From IMG/VR virus record IMGVR_UViG_3300028920_000023: DNA of 64,000 nt, one strand, 5' to 3'. A model generated the notes under the pieces. The model did no database searches, was not told the DNA's origin, and saw nothing but the letters and a program-made list of their open reading frames with translations. The DNA comes from a virus (taxonomy: Duplodnaviria; Caudoviricetes). Positions 38,940 through 49,007 of this stretch are shown piece after piece (positions within the stretch are counted from its first letter, which is position 1; every line of letters begins with the position of its first letter). Made by a program: the position numbers and the translations under genes.

Positions 38940-39542
38940 TCATCTGTCTTCCTTTCTGCGCTGTGCTTTCCAATCGATGCCAAAATCACCCGATTTGATC
39001 TTGACCATACGTCCATCTTTGTGATGCCAAACAATTCCTTCAATCCCTGCAGTTTCCAAGAACTCGCGAATGCCATCGAACGTCAGCTTGAATTCCATGT
39101 GGATGATGTGCTGCCCGTGCCCCAACAATACATGGTCTTTCAGTCCATACGGATTCCCTTGGACCTTTGGTCCGACAAGCTCATATGTCCCTGGACGCCA
39201 CGTACTGGTTCTGTTGAAAGCTTCCCAGTGCCATAGATCTTGAGAGATGCTGCCATTGTTTTCTGGTCCGTTACTGACAGGCACCCACCCATGCTTGTTG
39301 CCGGTCACAGGATCTTCAGGACCGGCCTGGACGAAGCCTTTAGGCGCATCCTTGCCCTTCTTCAACTGGTATCGCTTCCAGTAATTCTGACTCTCGTCAA
39401 CCATGCAGGATGTTCCATCCCATTTGACCGTCGGAGTTCCTCCACCAGCCAAAACCCATTCAGATCCTGGAACCACCTCATCGTAGACTTGTCGGTCACC
39501 ATCGTAATTCCGCTTGAACAAACTAGGAATCTTCTTCATCAT
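38940..39542 (-). CDS. ATP-dependent RNA ligase-like nucleotidyltransferase (DUF5565/Rlig1-like)
   Basis: Motif I TVKWDGTS, GTYELVG, motif IV EGIVW, motif V MVKIK. Confidence 0.75.
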   Translation of the reverse strand: MMKKIPSLFKRNYDGDRQVYDEVVPGSEWVLAGGGTPTVKWDGTSCMVDESQNYWKRYQLKKGKDAPKGFVQAGPEDPVTGNKHGWVPVSNGPENNGSISQDLWHWEAFNRTSTWRPGTYELVGPKVQGNPYGLKDHVLLGHGQHIIHMEFKLTFDGIREFLETAGIEGIVWHHKDGRMVKIKSGDFGIDWKAQRRKEDR

Positions 39543-39568
39543 TCTATCCTTTTATTCGTCCATGACCG

Positions 39569-39904
39569 CTACAACTCAATACGTGCCACGTTGATCTTTA
39601 GGGTATCGATTGCGCCGTTGAGATCTATTATTCTGTCCCGCAACTCCACCGCTAACGGCGTGGCATCTTCGAAAGCCTCCGTCTTCTTGTTGGCATCCTC
39701 CGGCGTATCATCCTCACGCATAACCGGCCTCGCCGATATCAACAAACGCTCATTCAGCTCCCGCAACTCGGAAATAGCCTTATTCAAATTGTGCAACTGC
39801 CTCGCTATGTGCCCCTCCCGCTCCGGATCCGGATACGGCTCGCCCCGTTCAACCAAACGATCCTCTTCTACTGTAAAAACCTCCCTCACTCTGCCCATAA
39901 TCAT
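39569..39904 (-). CDS. coiled-coil hypothetical protein
   Basis: AAGGAG RBS. Confidence 0.55.
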   Translation of the reverse strand: MIMGRVREVFTVEEDRLVERGEPYPDPEREGHIARQLHNLNKAISELRELNERLLISARPVMREDDTPEDANKKTEAFEDATPLAVELRDRIIDLNGAIDTLKINVARIEL

Positions 39905-40133
39905 GTCTCCTTAACCATTGGCTTTGGGACTTCATATCCGGGTGCTCACGCAACGAAATATGGTTAGAGATCTATCTCGTATCCGTCTGCTGTCTACAAA
40001 GTATTATCTCCATCATCCTTCTCCCCGTTCATTACTGTTAATTAACATTAATCGGAAACCATATCTCGTGACTCCAAGCTGGGTTTGTCGCCTTCGTATC
40101 CAGATACTCGAACAACGAAAATAATTGACGATA

Positions 40134-42272
40134 TCACTTACCAAATATAAAGATCGGTTCGAACGTCCTTTCTCGGCCCATAAAGCTAGCTGTCTTCATA
40201 TCCACGGTCTTGATTAGTCTCCTCTTATTATTCCTGGCTATCTTCATACAAAGATCGGAATGTCTGCGTGGGACATTTAAGGCAACCAAACCCTCGAAGG
40301 ACATAATATTCTCATATATTCCCTCAGAAGATACACACTGGGAATCAAGACCACAATAGAATTCGGTGTCATCATAAGGAGGACTAGTAAATAACAAATC
40401 ACCTTTCACGAGACTCAATTTGGAACTGTCGCCGTGAATAAATTCAGGATTATGCTTAACTCTACAACCAACAAACTTCCTCATGTCTCGATGAGAATCA
40501 ACACACAATGGATTCAGGTCATATCCAACATATCTATAATCACTGTCCATAGTAGCTAAAAATCTGCCGCCCCAGCCCATACAAGGATCAACAATAACTC
40601 CACCATTAGGTAAAAACTCCTCGTATATATTACGGGCAACCCAAGGTTTGAACACAGATACGCTAGTAAAATCTTTAAAATACTTCGCAATGTACGAAAC
40701 TAAACCGTGGATATTCACCTCGCGGTCTCTATTCCATAAATTATTCAAAGCTTTTCGTAAAACAGATGTATTCCCAGCTTCCCACACTGAAGAAACTGGC
40801 AAGTAGTCTTTGTGATGAGAACTCCAAAAATGTTGTGAGAAATGTTTTATGAAATCCACAACCGGTTTATTGGGATAATTAGCATTTAGACTCCACCCGT
40901 TCTTCGCCTTATAAGCCTTACATCCCTTAATAGCTCTAGTCAGTACACCTTTGCGGAACTTAACACCTTTAAAACCATAATCTAACAACCAGTCACAACA
41001 AGCGTCAGGATCATTAAATATCAACTTCCAATTAGGACAATAATAGATATCGATATCTTCTAATTCAAAATCATAAAATTTGCCATTCCAAACTTTGACA
41101 ATGACATCGTTCTTGAAAGCAACCAAATATTGTTTAATAAGCCTAGACCTATCGACACCAGGAATCTCAGATTCCTCTCTAGACTTCACCTCGTAATAAT
41201 CACCGTTGATTAGAAAATCAATAAAACAAACACTACCATCACTCTCGAACTCAGCATTACGCAGAATTTCGCTATCTGGGGAAAGATTCATAGATTTAAG
41301 AAATTTCTTTTCTAATTTGGTATCAAGACGCAGACCCTTAAAATTGAAACTTTGGCTTCTTCTATTCAACAACAATTTGGTATATTCGGCTTTAGATCTT
41401 GCCTTGATACCATGTTTCTTCAAATGGTGAGAAACATTACCAAGCATAGTACCTACTTCATCTGCGATATCGGCCATACTCCTTTGTTTGTTAACGTACT
41501 GGTCAAACAACCAATCCTTATCGTTCAGCTGATAATATTTGGAGGGCCTAATAACCCCGCCTTGTTTCCTAATAGCAAAACCAAAATGCCTCAACCTATT
41601 GAGGACTGCGCTATATGACTTATTGAAATGTTCAGCGATCTTAGAAATAAGCCATCCCCTATCAACATACAATTCTTTCAATTCATCATAAGTAACATCG
41701 AAATTGCCAAAAGCAAATTCGGATTCAACACCAAATCTCTTAGCAGCCATACATACCGTATTAGCACGAACACCCAACTTATTAGCTATCTGTCTAAAAG
41801 AAAACTTTTGAGCCTCCTTAATAAAAGCCGCTTTATCATTCAATAAAGTAGGTCTCTTTGCTTCGTCCATATTCCTGAATTCCATATCTGGATAAGTCTT
41901 CTTTAATTTCCTCTTTAAAGTAGGAATAGCAACATCATAATCTTTTTTAAGGCGATCCAAACTAACGCCAGAATCATATTTGGCCTTTATCTCTTTCAAA
42001 GGAAGCTTCTTAGTAGCCATCTTGGACATATGGCTACTCTTAATATTATTCCTCTTAGCGAAAGCCGAAACACTGCCTACATTACAACCCAAAATCCTGG
42101 AAACCTCGGAAAAAGATTTCCCCTCAACCTCAACCATTTTTCTAATCATGTTAACATCCATAATATGCCTCCTAACGCATGTCTCCTGATCGCACTTATA
42201 TCGCCATATAGAATCGCGTAAATTAATTATGACACGGTATGGTAAAAAGTTAATGTCATAATATCTCAACAA
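40134..42272 (-). CDS. multi-HTH plus PD-(D/E)xK-like nuclease plus amino-DNA methyltransferase
   Basis: Repeated HTH units; FIDFLINGDYYEVKS; motif I VDPCMGWGG and motif IV TSPPY; real start probably MDVNM. Confidence 0.8.
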   Translation of the reverse strand: MLRYYDINFLPYRVIINLRDSIWRYKCDQETCVRRHIMDVNMIRKMVEVEGKSFSEVSRILGCNVGSVSAFAKRNNIKSSHMSKMATKKLPLKEIKAKYDSGVSLDRLKKDYDVAIPTLKRKLKKTYPDMEFRNMDEAKRPTLLNDKAAFIKEAQKFSFRQIANKLGVRANTVCMAAKRFGVESEFAFGNFDVTYDELKELYVDRGWLISKIAEHFNKSYSAVLNRLRHFGFAIRKQGGVIRPSKYYQLNDKDWLFDQYVNKQRSMADIADEVGTMLGNVSHHLKKHGIKARSKAEYTKLLLNRRSQSFNFKGLRLDTKLEKKFLKSMNLSPDSEILRNAEFESDGSVCFIDFLINGDYYEVKSREESEIPGVDRSRLIKQYLVAFKNDVIVKVWNGKFYDFELEDIDIYYCPNWKLIFNDPDACCDWLLDYGFKGVKFRKGVLTRAIKGCKAYKAKNGWSLNANYPNKPVVDFIKHFSQHFWSSHHKDYLPVSSVWEAGNTSVLRKALNNLWNRDREVNIHGLVSYIAKYFKDFTSVSVFKPWVARNIYEEFLPNGGVIVDPCMGWGGRFLATMDSDYRYVGYDLNPLCVDSHRDMRKFVGCRVKHNPEFIHGDSSKLSLVKGDLLFTSPPYDDTEFYCGLDSQCVSSEGIYENIMSFEGLVALNVPRRHSDLCMKIARNNKRRLIKTVDMKTASFMGRERTFEPIFIFGK

Positions 42273-43926
42273 AATATTCTGTAGACAATTTATGATGATT
42301 CAAAGGAGAAAGCTCAACAATATCACAATCATATCTATCACGAATCCAATCACGAATATGTCTATCAACATGTAAAACAATCTTACGACCAGTATTACGT
42401 TTAATTAAACCACCAATAAAATTCTCACACCAATCCTCGAATCCTCCGTAATCAACACCATCTAAATAATCTTCCTTGTCATGAAAAGGAGGAGAAGTAA
42501 ACAAAAAATCATAATCAGACCAATCCAGATCTTCCCATCTAGATCCAAATAATGAAAAAGAAAATTTCTTCTTTGAAGACAACCACTCACCTAAATTAGT
42601 AAGATTCTCATAAGTATTAGGGTCAGTACCAACATACTCAATATTACCCAAACAAGAAGCAATTAACCTATTACCCCACCCAGCACAAGGATCAAACCAC
42701 CGACCACGTAAACCAAACTTCTCGATAACAGCCAAAATAACAGGAACACTCAACAAACTAGCCCTACTAAAACCCGCAAATAACAATTCCCTAACAAACC
42801 TAGACGGATACAAGCGCCTATTGGGAATTCCAAAAAAATTCTTACAAGCCCTACTAACCATCTTAGGATATTTAGATAAATTAGCAACAGCAGGACCATT
42901 CCTAGAGACGCACCAAATATTAGGACAAAAATCCAAAACAATATTATTACCATAAGGAAAACTATTAACGATCTTATCATCCCTCAAATAAGAATTCAAA
43001 TCAATCTTATTGAGCTTTTCAAATTCAGCATCAATATCATATCTCGGATTAATCCAGCCGGACTTAACCACGAAACCACAAAACACAGAACGAACAGCCT
43101 CAACCTCCACAATCTCATTCGACTTCATATCGAAAGAAAAATCTTGAATATTACGGAACCTAAACGAACCACAAACAACAAACCTAGACCTCTTTCTAAC
43201 AGAAAAAACACTACAATCAGAATATAACCAATCACCAATCAGTTTAACCTGCCTATTCCCACACCACCTGATAAAACATCTAGAACTACGAACCTTAACC
43301 CCATTCCTAGAAACACCAACATTAAAACAAACAACATCCTCTACAACACTCAACGCACCACCAGAAAACACAACAACGGCACAAACAGAACCATTGCTCT
43401 TAGATCTCAAACAAACACGACCACCACCATCAAATAACCCACGAACAAAATGACGAATCAAATCAGAAGGAACAACATCAAACAACCCAGAACCACCACC
43501 ATCCCTCCACTTCAGCAAACCATGACCAACCAGACAATCAGACATAACAACGCTATTAAAAACAACACCACAAGAACCATTAGAAAAATGAACCTTACCC
43601 TTATACTTAATATCAGAAACGAATCCACGTATAACACACTCATCCCTGACAGGTAAAAAGAAACGAACAGACCTCCTAGAACCAGCAGACTTAGCCAAAC
43701 AACCACGAGAAGCCAGAAAACCTAACCAATAAGCCTTCCTTTCACAATCAATAACATCAAAATAATGATCATCTACATCAACCTTAACGCCAGAAGAAGA
43801 CCCAGAAAGAGACAAAACCCTCATCCTACGTCTGACCGTAGATAAACTAATGCCAAGCTCAGAAGCAATCCTCTTTTGAGAAAACTTCTTCTTATATAAA
43901 CCAACAATAACATCATCTCGATTCAT
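42256..43926 (-). CDS. HTH plus degenerate LAGLIDADG plus amino-DNA methyltransferase
   Basis: KAYWLGFLASRG and FVRGLFDGGG (eroded LAGLIDADG helices); FDPCAGWGNR; FTSPPF. Confidence 0.8.
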   Translation of the reverse strand: MNRDDVIVGLYKKKFSQKRIASELGISLSTVRRRMRVLSLSGSSSGVKVDVDDHYFDVIDCERKAYWLGFLASRGCLAKSAGSRRSVRFFLPVRDECVIRGFVSDIKYKGKVHFSNGSCGVVFNSVVMSDCLVGHGLLKWRDGGGSGLFDVVPSDLIRHFVRGLFDGGGRVCLRSKSNGSVCAVVVFSGGALSVVEDVVCFNVGVSRNGVKVRSSRCFIRWCGNRQVKLIGDWLYSDCSVFSVRKRSRFVVCGSFRFRNIQDFSFDMKSNEIVEVEAVRSVFCGFVVKSGWINPRYDIDAEFEKLNKIDLNSYLRDDKIVNSFPYGNNIVLDFCPNIWCVSRNGPAVANLSKYPKMVSRACKNFFGIPNRRLYPSRFVRELLFAGFSRASLLSVPVILAVIEKFGLRGRWFDPCAGWGNRLIASCLGNIEYVGTDPNTYENLTNLGEWLSSKKKFSFSLFGSRWEDLDWSDYDFLFTSPPFHDKEDYLDGVDYGGFEDWCENFIGGLIKRNTGRKIVLHVDRHIRDWIRDRYDCDIVELSPLNHHKLSTEYFVEIL

Positions 43927-44653
43927 AATTATCCCTAATAACAGAAAGAAAAGACAAAAACTCAGAATCAGACCTACGCTTCTTAGCCCTATTCAAGGCT
44001 CTAAGAACCAACCTCACATTACCAATAACATGACCAACATCATTATCAACCCTATCAACAGACAAAGACAAACAAGGATGTCTATAACAACACATCCTAA
44101 TACCAGACAACGTACATCGTCCACCCTGTTTATCAAACAAATCCAATAAAAAATCCGTCGTCAAATCAGAATCCTCACCACGCATAACATTCCTTCTTAA
44201 AGAAGAAACGAAATCTCTAGAAACACAATCATCAGGAACAAACAAATCAGAATTAATCAAACAATCAACCAAAAACAATAAATCCTCAGTAGAACCCGTA
44301 TTACGAGCCAAATTCAAACCCATACAAATTAATTGAATATTACCAATAATATGACCAACATCATTATCAATCCTATCAATAGAAACAGAAAACAAAGAAC
44401 CATCATATACAAGCGGGGTATTAGAGACACAACACCGACCGTTATTCTTATGAAATAATTCTAGAACATATTCTCTATTAATAGAGAAATCTCTGCCTTT
44501 CTTACGATCCTCAAATTTAGCCGTACCAAGACATCTAGTAATATAATTATTCAAAGAAGTTTTATATCTATTAGAATCCCTATAAATCTGAGAAGCATTA
44601 CGCCGTGATCTACTTTTCTTTACATAACGTCTATTTCGTTCTTTCCTGTCCAT
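43913..44653 (-). CDS. protein with two tandem HNH-like (His-Me finger) domains
   Basis: Twice: GRC-x2-S...SIDRIDNDVGH-x2-GN(I/V)-x-L. Confidence 0.8.
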   Translation of the reverse strand: MDRKERNRRYVKKSRSRRNASQIYRDSNRYKTSLNNYITRCLGTAKFEDRKKGRDFSINREYVLELFHKNNGRCCVSNTPLVYDGSLFSVSIDRIDNDVGHIIGNIQLICMGLNLARNTGSTEDLLFLVDCLINSDLFVPDDCVSRDFVSSLRRNVMRGEDSDLTTDFLLDLFDKQGGRCTLSGIRMCCYRHPCLSLSVDRVDNDVGHVIGNVRLVLRALNRAKKRRSDSEFLSFLSVIRDNYESR

Positions 44654-44846
44654 AACATGTTCCTAATAAAAGTATTCATAAACAATAAAAAACAAACAAT
44701 ATCATATTTTTTATTTAATAAAAGTATTCACAGAATCGTAAAAATTGTTCTATTAGCCAATCAAACCAACATCACTAACCCGGTTATATAGACATTAATC
44801 CATCAGACAGACCAATTAAATACAGATGAGCTAAAACCAAATACAA

Positions 44847-44875
44847 AAACGGCCAGGATTTTGTCCTGGCCGTTT
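44847..44875 (-). terminator. Rho-independent terminator after the major capsid gene
   Basis: aaacggccagga-ttttg-tcctggccgttt hairpin followed by a U-rich tract on the minus strand. Confidence 0.85.
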
Positions 44876-44901
44876 CCGTTATCCAAAAAACCTGTAAAAT
44901 A

Positions 44902-46440
44902 TTACAGATTAGAGACAGTGACAGTTCCGTAGTATAAGCCACCATCCTCGATAAGTTTCTTACCGTAACGGGTCATGATGCCCTTATTCGGCGTGAAGCT
45001 ATTCGGGTCAAGAACCGTCGGCGTACTCAGCAGCGGAATATACGGCGCATAGAAATAACCGCTATCCAGCACAGAATTACCCTTGAAGCCCATCAGGATC
45101 TTACAATTCGGGAACAGAGGATCCTTGTACAGACGCAGCTTGCCCTGGATCGTACCCGCAGAAGTGATACCAATATCGATACCATCCTGCGCCAGAGCAT
45201 CACTACCACGGAAATCATTCAGCTGCTCAAACTTGCTGGCGATATCCGCAGACGTCACCATCCAGTTCGCCGGACCACGGAGCGTAGTACGATGAATGAT
45301 GTTCGCAACCTCAAGGACCTTGTACAGCAACGCAATGTTGCGATCCGTGAAGTTAACCGAAGCACCAGCAGCCGTGCCAAAATTATGCGTAGCACGAATA
45401 CTAGAAGCGATAATCAGATCGTTAATAATTTCACGATCGATCTCCGCAACCATCTCATCCGCCATCAGATCCGTCAAGGTGCCCTCAGCGTCGATATTAT
45501 GAACCGACTTAAGGTCCTGAGCAGCTTCCAAAGACCACGTGGTCTTCAACTTTCGAGCCACAGCACTCACCGAATCACTATCAATCGAGAGAGTGATCTC
45601 GGGCTGGAACGGGTTGTTCTCCAAATCGTACTCATAATCCGCTCGGACGATGGCCGTATCCGGAAGAGTACCGCTCGCCAACGTGATCACAACCTCACCA
45701 GTCTGGTGATTGAACGCCGTCGCACCACTAGTCGAAACATCAACCTCGACCGACGGACAATTCGTGTTGTCACCAGCAAACACGTTCTCGACTTCACCGG
45801 TGCTGTCAAAAGTGACCTGCAGACAGGGTTCTGCATCTTCACAATTGTCATCATCTTCGGCGTAGACGTTCACGAGCACCGTGCCGGCGAGAATCGGCTT
45901 ATGAATCAGCGTGCCGCGAATCACCGTACCACCGCTCTCGATATCAAGGCTTTCACCCTTTACCGTCTGAGAGCTGTAGTAAGGATCAAGTGCCCAACCA
46001 TTCTGACGGCTGAACTGCTGCGCCGTATTCTGACGCATGATCTGCGTACCGGCGAGCGTCTGACCCTTATTCAGAGCATAGCGGTACCTGATGTAGAAGA
46101 TCAGGCTTGCGGGGCTGCTCATGGGCTGTACACCGACAAGGTTATCTGCGATCAGTCGCGGATAGCTCTTGCGGATGAGGGGAAGGGCAAACCGGGTAAA
46201 GTCGGCGATGTTGCCGGTGGTGGTCGCTTCTTCCATTATCGGCGTGGAGTTGGCTTGGTAGCCATGCTGGTTTTCCATCATGGCCGCCATGAGGGCGAAC
46301 TTCGCGGGCTTGATTTCGGCACAGCGTTGCAGCACTGGTGCCCATTTTTCGACGAGTTGATTGCGTTTGGCCTCATGGATGAGATGGGCCTGGCGCTGTT
46401 GTCGTTTGCTTTCTATCAGGGTTGGTCTACCCGAACGCAT
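44902..46440 (-). CDS. major capsid protein, T4 gp23-like
   Basis: LIADNLVGVQPMSSPASLIFYIRY, ARKLKTTWSLEAAQDLKSVH, EIDREII, FYAPYIPL, GIMTRYG. Confidence 0.97.
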   Translation of the reverse strand: MRSGRPTLIESKRQQRQAHLIHEAKRNQLVEKWAPVLQRCAEIKPAKFALMAAMMENQHGYQANSTPIMEEATTTGNIADFTRFALPLIRKSYPRLIADNLVGVQPMSSPASLIFYIRYRYALNKGQTLAGTQIMRQNTAQQFSRQNGWALDPYYSSQTVKGESLDIESGGTVIRGTLIHKPILAGTVLVNVYAEDDDNCEDAEPCLQVTFDSTGEVENVFAGDNTNCPSVEVDVSTSGATAFNHQTGEVVITLASGTLPDTAIVRADYEYDLENNPFQPEITLSIDSDSVSAVARKLKTTWSLEAAQDLKSVHNIDAEGTLTDLMADEMVAEIDREIINDLIIASSIRATHNFGTAAGASVNFTDRNIALLYKVLEVANIIHRTTLRGPANWMVTSADIASKFEQLNDFRGSDALAQDGIDIGITSAGTIQGKLRLYKDPLFPNCKILMGFKGNSVLDSGYFYAPYIPLLSTPTVLDPNSFTPNKGIMTRYGKKLIEDGGLYYGTVTVSNL

Positions 46441-46477
46441 TTCGTTTTCTCCTGCTGTGGTTTGTTTTCCCGAGCTG

Positions 46478-47158
46478 TTACTTCAGGTAAGCTGGACCCG
46501 AATCGATGCTTTTGGCAATTTCGTTAACTTGCGGATCGCTGCTAGTGAAGTTGCTGCTTCTTTTTACAGGAGCTGCCACAGCGTCCTCGTTTACCAATTT
46601 CTTCGTCTTGGGCTTGGACGATTCAGTCTTGACAACCTTTTTCTGGGGTCTTCCGACTGATTCGTTGATCTTGGGCCGTCTTGCCGTAAGCATCTTGTTT
46701 GCTTCGAGCAGTTTCTTTGCAAGGCCGTGACTTCGGCTTACTTTCTGCTCTAGGGCTTTTCTACCTTCCTCAAGTTTAGCAACCTTGAGGCGCAGCTTTT
46801 TGTTTTCCTCCACAGCCTGACCATCTTGGATGTCCAATTCGACGCCTTCGATCAATCGTTTGATGCCGGATAGCGTCTTGGAGTCCTTCGATTCGCCAAT
46901 TGCCGTTTGCTTCTGCGCTTCTCGTGTTACCGAATTAACCCGAGCCTCTAGGAAGATCTCTACCTTCCTAGCCAACTCGGCCTTATATTTCTCAGTACTC
47001 TCGATGCAGACTGCTTTCGCTTTCTGCAATCTATCCTTGAAAGTTTCTTCAAGCCGCTGTTCCTCAGACTTAACATAGCTCTCAACAGCCTCAATAAGAC
47101 CGTCGGCCATTTCCGCAGAACCACCCAGCTGCTTGACCAATTCTCGAATCTTATCCAT
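46478..47158 (-). CDS. prohead scaffolding/core protein, gp22-like
   Basis: Position between protease and MCP; coiled coil. Confidence 0.75.
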   Translation of the reverse strand: MDKIRELVKQLGGSAEMADGLIEAVESYVKSEEQRLEETFKDRLQKAKAVCIESTEKYKAELARKVEIFLEARVNSVTREAQKQTAIGESKDSKTLSGIKRLIEGVELDIQDGQAVEENKKLRLKVAKLEEGRKALEQKVSRSHGLAKKLLEANKMLTARRPKINESVGRPQKKVVKTESSKPKTKKLVNEDAVAAPVKRSSNFTSSDPQVNEIAKSIDSGPAYLK

Positions 47159-47187
47159 CGAGATCTCCCTTCAAAAATTAGTTTTGC

Positions 47188-48996
47188 TTAAGAATTAATT
47201 CTTAATTCTTTAAGCACCTCGTTCACCAACGCACACTCACGTAAACGACGCAAATCCCGCTTAGGCTTAGACTTAAGACGAGGACGTCTCCTATTGTCTT
47301 GGGACTCCATAAGACGAAGCTGAGCAGTCAAAACAGAAGGCTCAGCCACAGCATCAAAAGTTATAATCGAATATCCAGGTTGAACCTCATAACACTCCTC
47401 ATCGCCCTCTCTAACAAGGTCCATATCACCAACACCACGAGAGCTGATTCCAACCGGGATCTTCTTCTCAAACATATAAGCCAATTGTGCGCCATGCGGA
47501 GCACGAGCATCATTAAGGATCTCAGATTCACCATATACAGTCTTGCCATCCATCCACAATTTTGTTATTAGATGGCATATCTTATCCAAATGAATCTTCG
47601 AGTCACAATTACCAGTCCAGAACGAACAACCATTCTGCTCCATATAAAAATTGCCATGCTCAGTAGTCAAACACCAAATCTTGCCATCATACTGAGATGA
47701 CCCTATCTGCAAAAAACGATCATCAAGATGGATACCAGTAGTATGAGACAAAGTCAACTGATGAAGTGGCTTCTTATTCTCAGCCTTAATTATATGACCA
47801 GCAAACTCATAATCTTCATTAGTCGCAATCATCGTCCTATAACAACAATGACCAGCTTTGACCCAACACTCATGAAGATCATTAATCAACTTTTCAGACA
47901 CACTAAAAACATTAGAACGACCATGTTTCTGTCTGCCATCACCAAGCTGGAACCAATACACTAACTCCTCAAGATATTTCCCATCCAATTGCTTAACATC
48001 TTCAGGAATAAACTTAGAATACTTATCTCCAAGTTTTTCCAAATAAGTAGCTAATCGTCTATCAAAAGCTCTAAAGCCACGATCAGTCTCTACCCAACTC
48101 TTACCAGGAAGGACCTTCTCAAGAAGACCCCTAATCTGATCCTTGTAATCATCTTTAATCTGACTAATTTCAACCCTATAACTTCTAAGGTTCTTATCCG
48201 TCGCTGTAGAATCCCTATGAACACCACCCTCAGCAAGATACAGGCCAAGAAAAGCTGTAAAGACCTCAGTCGGGATTTGTAGAGGTTCGGACTCGTGTGC
48301 ATTGGGAGAATCTACGCCAGGAATAATGTAAACTTCCTCATCCTTCCCAATCCATTCTGCTGTTCTTGGTATACGATGTTTGTTGTATTGTTTACGGTTT
48401 TTATAGATGTTATCTGCGGTTGTTTCTAGTTGCTCTTGTACGTGATTCCCATCAGAACGAGTTACTGTAAGCACCTTGTGTGGTGCTGTGAATTTGGAAT
48501 CAATATGTCTTCCTTTGAAATGATATACCGTACCACTATAATCTTCGTCAATTACGGCATGTACCTTAGAAGGGATCATCTGTCCATTAACTCTGGAATA
48601 GACATAATCTCCTTCTTTGATATCATTATAGTCTTTCCATCCAGATGTAGTAAGGACACGAATCGGCCCATGATCTAAAGTCAGACATGGATGATCCAAT
48701 TCGCCCAAAACCCTACGCTCATTAACAGGCTTCTGGAGAGACTTCACAGCCTCACGCATAACATCCATAGGATAAATGCGCCCATTCTGATTCTTCTCAT
48801 CAGCAACCTGATAAATCCCCGTCACCTTCATGACGGGGGTCGTCTTAGTCCTGCCATCCACATCCTCTTTGATGGTTCCCTTCTTCATATCAACGATCTC
48901 TAATTTCCTAGCATCGTTGATCATCTTATAACCATTGGGAATTATACCATTACAGGCTAAATCCCGTACCTCGGAGATGGTGTAAAGCTTACGCAT
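47188..48996 (-). CDS. prohead protease, T4 gp21-like, with one intein
   Basis: NQNGRIYP, GELDHP, GISSRGVG, TFDAVAEPS. Confidence 0.93.
   Translation of the reverse strand: MRKLYTISEVRDLACNGIIPNGYKMINDARKLEIVDMKKGTIKEDVDGRTKTTPVMKVTGIYQVADEKNQNGRIYPMDVMREAVKSLQKPVNERRVLGELDHPCLTLDHGPIRVLTTSGWKDYNDIKEGDYVYSRVNGQMIPSKVHAVIDEDYSGTVYHFKGRHIDSKFTAPHKVLTVTRSDGNHVQEQLETTADNIYKNRKQYNKHRIPRTAEWIGKDEEVYIIPGVDSPNAHESEPLQIPTEVFTAFLGLYLAEGGVHRDSTATDKNLRSYRVEISQIKDDYKDQIRGLLEKVLPGKSWVETDRGFRAFDRRLATYLEKLGDKYSKFIPEDVKQLDGKYLEELVYWFQLGDGRQKHGRSNVFSVSEKLINDLHECWVKAGHCCYRTMIATNEDYEFAGHIIKAENKKPLHQLTLSHTTGIHLDDRFLQIGSSQYDGKIWCLTTEHGNFYMEQNGCSFWTGNCDSKIHLDKICHLITKLWMDGKTVYGESEILNDARAPHGAQLAYMFEKKIPVGISSRGVGDMDLVREGDEECYEVQPGYSIITFDAVAEPSVLTAQLRLMESQDNRRRPRLKSKPKRDLRRLRECALVNEVLKELRINS
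47608..48687 (-). mobile_element. intein, 360 aa, with LAGLIDADG endonuclease; ends Gly-Asn with Cys+1
   Basis: HP|CLTLDH...FLGLYLAEG...FWTGN|CDSK. Confidence 0.9.
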
Positions 48997-49007
48997 TCTT
49001 GATCTCC

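Noticed and set aside
45292-46527. 411-aa plus-strand ORF
   Set aside because: Exact antisense shadow of the major capsid gene with no protein-like motifs.
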